A DNA stretch of 14,017 bases from Selaginella moellendorffii. Lineage: Eukaryota > Plantae > Lycopodiophyta. Positions within the stretch are counted from its first letter, which is position 1. The number at the start of each line of letters is the position of its first letter. Where the stretch lies: contig NW_003314475.1 of assembly GCF_000143415.4 (NCBI RefSeq), positions 35,018 to 49,034 of the forward strand, read 5' to 3'. The position numbers and the translations under genes were made by a program. Positions 1 through 9,071 of this stretch are shown in pieces. The notes beneath the pieces are model-generated. The model did not search any database and was not told the origin of the DNA. It was given only the letters and a program-made list of their open reading frames with translations.

Positions 1-239
1 TCCTCTATATTAACCTATGGACTGTCTCTTGAGTTGTCCCTTTGGTTGCTTACAATCCACCACGCTTCATTGCAAGGTCACGCCCTCATGAACGAAAGCT
101 AAGAGTCGCAACTCTCCCGAGAGCGAGGACACCCTACCCCTCGGGTCAAGTCCAGTGGGAGCAAATTAGACCTATCAGATGTCAATCAACATGTGGTGCG
201 ATTCCCCAGAGTCGGACCCAAGACCTCTCTGATACTAAA

Positions 240-433
240 TGTAAGCTTCTGAGTTTAGACTTCCTGGGAGGTCACCCAACCCAGTACTATTCAAACCCAA
301 GGACTCTTAACCCCAAATATCCCAAGACCCTTAACCGATTGGAAAAGAGGGTGCACTCTTGTTCATGGGCCCTTTCCCTCTATATTTAAACCCCATGGAC
401 CGTCTCTTGAGTCGTTCCCTTTGGTTGCTTACA
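240..433 (-). repeat. Cassandra LTR, 194 bp, with 7-bp terminal inverted repeat
   Basis: TGTAAGC at 240 and GCTTACA at 427-433. TATA-like TTTAAATATA on the - strand at 381-390. Confidence 0.9.
259..311 (-). promoter_or_regulatory. 5S rRNA-derived internal Pol III promoter region (A-box/IE/C-box) within the Cassandra LTR; not a 5S gene
   Basis: The - strand reads GTTAAGAGTCCTTGGGTTTGAATAGTACTGGGTTGGGTGACCTCCCAGGAAGT, colinear with plant 5S GTTAAGCGTGCTTGGGCGAGAGTAGTACTAGGATGGGTGACCTCCTGGGAAGT (recalled from memory; about 43/53 matches, no gaps). Confidence 0.88.
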
Positions 434-444
434 CTCACCCCACT
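434..444 (-). other. Second PPT-like tract abutting the outer end of the Cassandra LTR
   Basis: The pyrimidine-rich tract ctcaccccact directly follows GCTTACA; on the - strand it is a purine-rich tract immediately before TGTAAG. Confidence 0.6.
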
Positions 445-464
445 AGAAACTTATGTGTCCAAAG

Positions 465-715
465 TGTAAGATATATCTATGGCCTAACATATCTAGGGCC
501 TAATATATTTAAGGCTGGATATATCCAAGGGTTGGGTGAAAGCCCAAAGTGATTATCTCTCAAACCCTAGGGGGTTTGGTATTTTATATCATCACCCAAC
601 ATGTGAGTATAGCCTTCCTTGTTCACATTAGTTTTTTTATAGTACTCCTCATAATATCCCATAGGGTATTGAGGAGTCCAAGGGTTAGAGTGAATATAGA
701 TATTGTTGAAGTTAC
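465..715 (+). mobile_element. Old LTR-like fragment (TGTAAG start, ~16-bp degenerate repeats, GGGTGAAAGCCCAAAG motif); target of element A
   Basis: TGTAAG at 465. Repeats atatctatggccta / atatctagggccta / atatttaaggctgg / atatccaagggttg over ~472-533. Motif at 534-549 followed by TGATTATC, resembling the rc of 8375-8397. Confidence 0.45.
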
Positions 716-1163
716 TGTAGCGCACGTGGTTTTGACCCTTTATCCTATGGTGATTTACCATAGGATAACACCACGAAGCAGAACCTAAACCCTCTTTGTG
801 CCACGTGACAAATGCCACATGTCCATACCACGTGTCCATAAGAACCCGAGGTTAAGCTATCATGTAGCGATATTGAGGGACCAATCTCAATACGCGAGGG
901 TTCTTGTCAAGCCAATACAAGACAGAGCAAAAGAGAACTAAGAGCCAGGCCGAGTATGCTCAGCTAGAAACACATAGGAGTTCCTACCTTATGTCCATTT
1001 GGCTAAGTACAGGTGCTAAGCCCAGTAAACTAACACTTGAACAAGAGGGGCCGATAAAGGGAACCAGCAATACCGACCTCCTGCCATCATGGCAGTAAGG
1101 TAAGAGTGTCCGTAAGGACTGGTCAACAGGTAACTTTCGATACCCAAAGTCACATGCGTGATA
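716..1163 (-). repeat. 3' LTR of element A (448 bp, lacks 739 bp present in the 5' LTR)
   Basis: 716-853 aligns to 6132-6269 and 854-1163 aligns to 7009-7318; 14 mismatches in 448 bp by manual count. Confidence 0.93.
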
Positions 1164-1175
1164 CTCTCCCCCCCT
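1164..1175 (-). other. Polypurine tract of element A
   Basis: ctctccccccct = rc AGGGGGGGAGAG, adjacent to the 3' LTR. Confidence 0.9.
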
Positions 1176-1299
1176 AGGGAAGATCGATATCCTCGTTGAT
1201 GCATACTCGAGTCTAGAATACCGCCAAGGAAACAACTCTAGAAAAAGTTCATAGTATTCACACTATGTGAGAAATGCACCAACTTAAATGAGTTAGGAG

Positions 1300-4200
1300 G
1301 CAACCTCTTTGTCTAACGCGGATGCGCTACCAGCTCAGACACCTTCCGGCCGTCGCCGACAAGGAAATGACCAACAGAGTCAGCCACCCTTGCTGCTCTA
1401 GGTGTCACCCAGCTACAAAAGTGTGATATGCCCCTGCCCGCAAGGACATAGAGAGAGAAGCCAGAGGCCCCAACCCTCCTGAGCAAAGAAACCAAACCCG
1501 TCGGTAAGGTTTAAATAGACTACTGTAAACAGGCAGTTAGAGTTGTTTACACGGTAATGCCCTTTCATGGAATAAGGAACATTGACATAGAGGTGGGTGA
1601 TGTGACCAGTCGACAGTAGCTACCCCATGACTAAAGATTTCAACATGCACATGAAGTGCCGAAGCCAGTCTGCCTATACCGGCCCAAACTCAAAGATTAA
1701 TAGATGGACAATATCAAAGTTATAGACAATGATATCTTAGAAGCTTAATTACCAGTGATTATATCTTAGAGTAGAACACAAAAGTATTCTATGCAAATTA
1801 TCATCCGATAAACCAGTAATATAGGATAAGAACCACCAAGATCATCATAATTGGTAAACATAGGATTCACCATCAAACAAAATTCAATAGCAAGTATATC
1901 ATCAAGTAAACTCAATAATAAAGTTTAACTATTAAAGATTGCAGACAGAATGCCAAACAACTTACGAAAGATAACTCAAAGAACACCAAGTATCATTGAC
2001 AAGCAAGCAAAATACTCGCGAATGTATCACCTGGAGGAAATAACATTCCAATCTATCAGAACTAACTCGAGTAATAATCAACAAAATAGAATGAATGTGG
2101 CAAGACCAACAAACACTCATTTATGCCAACTATCACACTAGCTAATCTAAATAGATCCTAGCCAACAACACCAAGGAATTCAAGTTGCCTGAGCAAGTGT
2201 CAGCAACATCCTATTGATGTCTCAAACTCAAGAGACCAATCCAAAGCAAACCACAAAGAACACGTGGTATTGCGAAAAGCCAAAAGCTATCAAAGAGAAT
2301 AACTAACCATCATGAAAGATCATCAATCATCCTATCAATAGAGAAATGCATAATCATTATCAAAGAAAGAATCTACCATCCCGAAGAACAGCAAATCATT
2401 CTATACCAACAATAATCAAGCAAAACCCTTGACAAGGATAATCAACTATCTTAGATGATAGTCAATCATCACCAATGATTGCTAGATGCAAATACTAACG
2501 TCAACATCGAAGCTAATGAGCCAAAATGCCTTCCCCCAACAACTCCGGACAAATGGAACAATGAGCATGAAAACTCAAGGAACCAAAAGCTCGAAGAAGC
2601 CTATAGCCAAGTCTTGCCTACTAATGATCACGAGTCTCATAGAAGCTAACTTCAATGCTAAAGAAGAAATCATAGTGCAACCCACAATATCTTCCTCAAC
2701 ACATCCATAAGCCAAACTTCATAATGCCAAAGCTAATGAAGAGCATTTCTGCATCAATCCAAAAGCTAAGTATAACGAAGTTATGTTCGACCAGTGATCA
2801 CCAAACGATCCTCCATGAATCCATCTAGCAAGACATAACTCACTTCATAACAAGCACAAGAAGAACCATCAATGATCAATATATTCCAACTAAAATCCCA
2901 TAAGAATTCAAATATTCCAATATCAATCACTAACTCTTCCACTTGTAGAGTTAGCATAGTCCTTGACTAAACCACTTTTCAAGGAAAAGCCAAAGCTTAA
3001 CCCTACTAAACAATCTCGTCTAGAACACAACTAACTCAAACTTGCCACTCAGTTCATGTGAACGTCAAGACAGTTGCTAACTAGCAAATGCACGAATGCC
3101 AATAACACAAAGTCATAGCCAAATCATCAACACTATTTCCATCAAAACTAATGAAACTCGATATCAATCTTGCGGAGAGACATCTCATTTCACTAAAATC
3201 TCAACCTCAATAATGTCAACGACAAGGCATCACTTCAATGCCATCAACAACAGAACAAAGCTAGCAGAAAGCAAGAGTGAATCACCACTCAAAACTTTCT
3301 AGCAACCAAGCTAACCAAAGTCAAAGATACTTTACTTAGTATCCGAGACCAATCTCTCAACAATACTCAGGTACAGATAACACTTCCTCAAGGAGTGCAT
3401 CACCACGTCCAAGACTCAATGAAATCCAACACTATGAACTAAACACAACCAAATGATATCAACAGAGGTAGAGTCGACATGCTAACATGGAAAACCCATA
3501 TAAGTTAAATAACATGATCCTCCGCAACACCATCCGGTAAAGTAAACCCATCACTGCTAAATCTTCATCCAGCGAAGCAAGTGTTTAATAGTCCTCGACG
3601 AAGTCTACAAGCAACCATTAGTCGCAAAGCAACTAACCATCACTTATTCAACTTGCTTTCACGAGACCCAAACACTAAACTCACGTCATCAAGCTATATA
3701 CTTGTCCAACATGAACATAATACCCCAGGTACGAGATAAAGGTTCATGGACAAGCACAAACTAAATGACCACTCGAATCCAACTCAACCGCAATAAGCTC
3801 ACTAATGCATTTAGCCACTAGCTCTGAGCATGCCTTGAAGAGGCTAGCTATGCATGATCAACACTCAGTCGAAACTAAAGTGAAGACCATGAGATGGATC
3901 CATATCGGTACACAACCTCCACTTAGACAAAGCTATAGTACAGGTACCAACATCTCAATTGCAAACAACTAAGTTGGACATCACTATCCTCAGCCAAGGC
4001 ACAAAGCCACCAAGACTAAGTCAAGATCAGTGAGAGTTCACTACTCTCATAGAGTCTTACGAAAACCTGCCACCAAGCATAATGCCACAAAAGAAAGGCA
4101 CAAGGGTCACCTTTCTCAGAAAAGTGCAACGGCCGCTTTTCTACATCAACTCTAGACTCTATCCAACTTAATTGCCTTAGCCCCAAAAGTTAACATCCCT

Positions 4201-5500
4201 TTCAGGTTGCATCATACAAACTACTTACTAAGGTCTAAGCCAACCAAAGTTAACTCCAACCCCTTCATTAGTTTGTACTGGCTTTCGAAAACGGAATGGT
4301 TTTCGGACAAAGTGGTCAACAGATTAACCATTGGAAAAGTCTAAGAAAATTTGTGGAAAATCTTTCCATTCTAGAGAAAGAATGACTCTCAGTCTAGGAA
4401 TGCAAACTTTCAAGACTCAACTAATTTCTTCCTACCAACAACTTCACATAGGTACACCTCAACACAAATTCTCATGACCCATAGTATGCTTAAGCCTCGA
4501 ACATCTTTTTGCCCATTCTTTCGTCATCTAACACTGACGTCCGCAAAATGCAAAATGAACATCTAAAGTTTGATCATGGAGACCATATCTTCGGATATCC
4601 ACATTGCACTAACACTCTTCTTCGATTACCTTCAAGATCCAATGTGAAGCCAAAACACTAACAAGAAAAATGACATGGAAAATCAAGCTTTAAGGAAAAT
4701 TCCTCATCACTCGAATCAACAATGCCACTTCCACTAACACAAGTGCTAGTGATATCAATGCTTTAACTACACACTTTTTCCATCCAACAATCTACTCCAA
4801 GTGCTAATGGATACACCAACAAGCTATAGCAAATGAATGCTACACCAACACCTTACGGGCAAATCCTCAAGGAACAAGGAACTAACTTAAATTTAGCATA
4901 ATGGACCACCATTGAGAATCCAGTCAAAGCTACTACAATGCTACTTCGTGCAAGTAGACTAGCCTCACCATCAACCACTTTGGGGTTGATCATCGTTTAA
5001 CCAAGCAACTTCGTAAACACATTGCTCATTATCACATGGATATGATATGGAAATCATAATGATTTGATCATCAATTGAGCAACACCACAAGTAATATCTA
5101 TGTCATTACTTCAAAGGTTTATGTAAGTATCAAGTGCAAACTCGATTCAACAAAATGCAACATAAATGCCACACTCCACCGATAGAGATTTACAACACTC
5201 AGCACCACTAACTTTTGTTCACAACATGGACAAACTTATGCCACTCTTTTTTCGACCAAACTCAACACTAATCCAACACCAAGCTACTCAAGGAGCAATA
5301 GCAAGGTTCCTCGGAAAAGAATTGAGCATTGCAACCCCAGTCTTCCATAGCAAGCCTAGACAAAAATGGTATAATGTTTCACCGCTATCCATCCCACAAC
5401 TCACCATTTGTAAGACCATCATCTCCAACATGAATCAAGGTAGGGACTCTTGATTGCATAATGTAAACACGAGCAATGAGTCACACCTTGTTACAAATCA
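1300..5500 (-). pseudogene. Heavily decayed Ty3/gypsy gag-pol (boundaries approximate)
   Basis: Ghost motifs in manual - strand translation: gag-like WIAVKHY (~5390); protease FLD*ES (~4400) and LLGLRQLSWIESRVDVEKR (~4150-4190); RT end VDGIEV(D)P-like (~3220-3250); RNase H IIDGSS..VSYVLL (~2830-2880); integrase DWSHHPPLCQ (~1580-1615); GPY/F-like LGPL...GAYH (~1420-1475). No long ORF survives. Confidence 0.72.
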
Positions 5501-6118
5501 TTTCTCCAAAAGAGAAGATGATTTACGTGTTTGATCCTTCGTCCCCGACGACTCTCTTTTCGGTCTCATCTTTGACTAAACCTCAAGCTTGCTTTCGCAC
5601 TGCCTTCAGTCTAATCTGAGAAAAGTTTATGAGAGAGCACGGCAATGATTACTTGAACCAATAGACTAATCCCTATAGTCTTGATTAATCCACTTGTAAC
5701 CATGCCTAGGAAGGATCCACTAGTGCCGTGCTTAAACAGCTACGGACCAGCCTATTTGCCACTCATAGCAAACCCAGGGAAAGTTTGCTTTCACCCACGG
5801 TACATGGAATAACTCATGGAACCACCGATAGGCTAACATTAATCCCGCCAACTCAAAGTGCAACCTCGAGTTGCTAATGTGCCTCACACACGAGCCCAAG
5901 CGTAAACTCGTGCTAACGAAGCATCTCAAATCCATCCTATGAGCCCAAGAGCAAGCTCACATCATAAGGTACAACAAGGTAACCAAATCCATACTCAAGG
6001 AACAATTACAAACCCTTTGCACCTAAACGTGTACCCACTCGGATCATCGTTTTCATCTCTGCGTATGCAATGAGACTAGTTGCCCAATCTCATTGAATAG
6101 TACTCGCTGAGACTCATC

Positions 6119-6129
6119 CTCTGATACCA
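6119..6129 (-). other. Primer-binding site (initiator tRNA-Met) of element A
   Basis: ctctgatacca = rc TGGTATCAGAG, 2 nt from the LTR end at 6132. Confidence 0.93.
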
Positions 6130-6131
6130 AA

Positions 6132-7318
6132 TGTAGTGCACGTGGTTTTGACCCTTTATCCTATGGTGATTTACCATAGGATAACACCACGAAGCGGAAC
6201 TTAAACCCTCTTTGTGCCACGTGACAGATGCCACATGTCCATACCACGTGTCCATAAGAACTCGAGGTTCAGGGCCTTGGGCCACTGAACGAAAGAACGG
6301 TGCCAAACTCCCAAGCATGGAGCCAAGGAGTGATGGAACCGAACCACGGAGCAACTCCCAAGAGTAACAAGCATCCCAATGCTAGGACCAGCACGCAAAA
6401 CGGAGCCAAACGGAGTCTGGTGCTATTTTGGCATACCAGTGGCCTAACGCGAGGACATGGGTACTCCACCAGCTAGCATGGAATGGAACTTGGGCTTAGA
6501 CCCAAGCCGGACGCAGAACAAGGACAGGCACGCAAGCGGGAGCTAAACTATGTCTCAGGTTGGTTGGCCATGCCCGACCTACCCACTATCCCTACTTAGA
6601 CCCAAGCCGGACGCAGAACAAGGACAGGCACGCAAGCGGGAGCTAGACTATGTCTCAGGTTGGTTGGCCATGCCCGACCTACCCACTATCCCTACTATAC
6701 ATTTGGAACCCCCCCACAGCCCCCCCCCCCCCCCCCCCCCCTTGAGGAACACACGCTTTGGGCTTTCACCCCAAGCTTCCCTTAGTATCAGGAGTTAGTC
6801 TCTGGGACAAGCTCGAAACTTACTAAATATGGAATGTCCCTAGATTGTGAATTTGGACACGGGACGAACACTATTGTGTTCAGGACGATCTCTACATTCC
6901 GTAGATATGCCAAATGAGCAAATCTGGACACTTTCCATAAATAGCATTTGGGACCAAAATGAGACTAACACAAAGGGCATGATAGCGAGGGTGTTTGGCA
7001 GACACGGTAAGCTATCATGTAGCGATATTGAGGGACCAATCTCAATACGCAAGGGTTCTTGTCAAGCCAGTGCAAGACAGAGCAAAAGAGAACTAAGAGC
7101 CAGGCCGAGTATGCTCAGCTAGAAACACATAGGAGTTCCTACCTTATGTCCATTTGGCTAAGTACAGGTGCTAAGCCCAGTAAACTAACACTTAAACAAG
7201 AGGGGCCGATAAAGGGAACCAGCAATACCGACCTCCTGCCATCGTGGCAGTAAGGTAAGAGTGTCTGTAAGGACTGGTCAACAGGTAACTTTCGATACCC
7301 GAAGTCACATGCGCGACA
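6132..7318 (-). repeat. 5' LTR of element A (1187 bp)
   Basis: TGTAG...CGACA termini, adjacent PBS, followed by TSD GTTAC. Confidence 0.93.
6495..6694. repeat. Tandem duplication, 2 x 100 bp
   Basis: 6495-6594 and 6595-6694 are identical except agctaaacta vs agctagacta. Confidence 0.95.
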
Positions 7319-7439
7319 GTTACTAAGAGTTAGTTTTAGCTCCTTTGGGAGATTGAATGATTGAGGCTCTCAATCCAAGTATGGGTAGCACTTGCCTTAT
7401 ATGGCTCATCAGAACCTCGCTCTAGCCATATGGCTAAGG

Positions 7440-7663
7440 CACCCTAGTGGGAGGAGCAAGGACAAGTGAGGCACCACTCCATATGAGTCGGGAGCATTGT
7501 AATTAGTTTCCCTTTTGGTAGTGGGAGCTATTCTTGAGCACTTCCTTAAAAGGCCTCTTTGGCATCACTTGAGTCTATGCTCACTCCCACCTAAAGCCAC
7601 CAACACCTAGTTTTAACCTCAACTTAGTTTGGAAGTATCACTAGATTGTTTCTTTAAGACTAG
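7440..7663 (-). mobile_element. Old internal fragment of family-B LTR
   Basis: Diverged match to ~12185-12515 (gcaccactccatatgag, tttccctttt..agtgggagct, gctcactcccacc). Strand inferred from the shared module. Confidence 0.7.
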
Positions 7664-8471
7664 TGTAAGTCATAAATTTTTCCTTTCCAATTTACTAGCT
7701 TATTTTGTTTATTCAACCACCACTACCTTGGCCTTAGTTAAATTCTTTTGCCAAAGTTTCTGCCTATGTACTAGCTCTTACTTGGTCCTACTTGGTTTTA
7801 GTTACTCACTGCACAAGCAATAAAGTGTTAACCATCCCTTCACGGATTCCCAATTTTTCTTTAAATCCCCCCTGAGGTTAAACTAGACTTAAAACTTAGC
7901 TACACTTGATATAGGCACAAGAAGCCAAGCACACTAAGCCTTCAGGTTCCTAACATGTCTTGGTACAACAAGACTTGATCATAAGACCCCCTAAATCCCA
8001 AGCCTTGGGTGCATCACATGCTTCAGGACCACGAGGAGAAACACCATAGCCTAACAGCCCGGTATGGGTACCCCTACTCCCCCAGTTCCATCCTAAAGGG
8101 GAGGCCCAAGCCCTTAGGAAGGAGCAAGTACCAATAAGCCACCAAGTACTGAATTAGGGCACCACTTCATATAAGCCAGAAGCACTGTCGTTGATTTCCC
8201 TTTCAAGAGTGGGAGTTGCTCTTGAGCACTTTTTTGGGTGGACCTTCTAGCACCACTTGAGTCCATGCTCACTCCCACCCAAACCTCAAGTCAGTTTGGA
8301 AGCACCACTAAAGAGTTCCTTCAAAACTACTTTCTAGACCTCACTATCCCTACTATACTTTTGATACTGTGGGATGATCACTTTGGGCTTTCACCCCACA
8401 ACCTGTATTAGTATTTAGACTCAGTCTCAGACTCAATCTTGGACTCGACTTCGGACTTGGTTTCGGACTCG
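7664..8471 (-). mobile_element. Older family-B LTR, truncated or interrupted at 8472
   Basis: Begins TGTAAGTCATAAATTTTTCC like 11739 (TGTAAGCCATAAATTTTTCC). Colinear with but clearly diverged from 11739-~12680. Stops inside the 12-bp repeat array. Confidence 0.85.
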
Positions 8472-8553
8472 TGTAAGGAACCAACTCTCCAAGGTGTCGT
8501 AGGCTAAAAGATTCCCAAAAGCATGACCAAAATGACAAAGAGTTCATCAGATG

Positions 8554-8840
8554 GGACCGAGTCAAAGATCGAGTCCAAGACCGACTCTAAGACCGAGTTC
8601 GAGATAGAGTCCGGGATCGAGTCCGAGGCCGAATCGGAGACCGAGTTCGGGATTGAGTTCGACACCGAGTTCGACACAGAGTCCGAGATCCAAATCGGGT
8701 CCGAGACCAAGTCCAAGGTCGAGTCCAAAGTTGAGTCCGAGATCGGGTCCGAAATCGAGTCCAAGATCGAGTCCGAGACCGAGTCCAAAGTCGGGTTCGA
8801 GATCAAGTCCGAGATCGAGTCCGGGACCGAGTCTGAGTAC
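8554..8840 (+). repeat. Degenerate 6/12-bp tandem array (CGAGAT-CGAGTC) inside family-B LTR
   Basis: Direct reading; rc arrays at ~12628-12912 and ~8415-8471. Confidence 0.92.
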
Positions 8841-9014
8841 TAATACGGGTCAAGGGGTGAAAGCCCAAAGCGTGCGTCTCCCAGGGGGGGGAGGGGGGGG
8901 GGGGCTGCCAGGGGTTCCAAAAGTATAGTAGGGATAGTGAGGTCCAGGAACCAGTCTTGAAGGAACTCTCCAGTGGTGCTACCAAATTGACTTAAGGTTG
9001 AAACTGGGGCTGAG

Positions 9015-9071
9015 GGGCCTTGGGTGGAAGTGAGCAGGGCCTTGGGTGGGAGTGAGCAGGGACTTGGGTGG
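9015..9071 (+). repeat. 22-bp tandem repeat (~2.6 copies) in family-B LTR
   Basis: gggccttgggtggaagtgagca / gggccttgggtgggagtgagca / gggacttgggtgg. Confidence 0.85.

Larger units (their letters stand above)
1..433 (-). mobile_element. Cassandra-type TRIM (non-autonomous LTR retrotransposon with a 5S rRNA-derived LTR segment); left LTR cut by window edge
   Basis: LTR 240-433 is bounded by TGTAAGC...GCTTACA, and its last ~55 bp recur at 1-54. Degenerate PBS (ctctgatacta, 227-237, rc of TGGTATCAGAG with 1 mismatch) and a PPT-like tract (55-63, rc GTGGTGGAT) flank a 185-bp non-coding internal region. The LTR contains a 5S-like segment. Confidence 0.9.
716..7318 (-). mobile_element. Structurally complete but coding-decayed Ty3/gypsy LTR retrotransposon (element A)
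   Basis: Paired LTRs 716-1163 and 6132-7318, outer termini TG...CA, 5-bp TSD GTTAC (711-715 and 7319-7323), PBS 6119-6129, PPT 1164-1175, and remnants in gag-PR-RT-RH-INT order on the - strand. Confidence 0.93.

Noticed and set aside
259-311. Functional 5S rRNA gene
   Set aside because: Only the internal ~53-nt promoter region matches. The 5' part and 3' end of 5S are absent and the segment lies inside an LTR.
42-389. 115-aa ORF and the other short ORFs in the track, including duplicated ones at 904-1098 and 7059-7253
   Set aside because: They cross LTR/internal boundaries or are duplicated only because the LTRs are. No recognisable domains, and many use non-ATG starts.
8500-8560. Hammerhead ribozyme (CTGATGA on the - strand at 8544-8550), as in retrozymes
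   Set aside because: No downstream helix II-GAAA core, and the sister copy reads CCGATGA.
8554-8840. CRISPR-like array
   Set aside because: Contiguous degenerate minisatellite without unique spacers, in a eukaryotic retrotransposon context.
8838-8882. Twister-ribozyme resemblance (UAA...GGU..AAGCCC) in the shared module
   Set aside because: The loop is shorter than in the twister examples I recall and the conserved GA of the 3' L1 strand is missing. An Infernal scan would settle it.
8504-8928. ORFs encoding SKIESETE / DSISD / SPRS repeat proteins (also 12629-12943)
   Set aside because: These are translations of the 6/12-bp tandem array, open in several frames on both strands. The second copy is frameshifted relative to the first.
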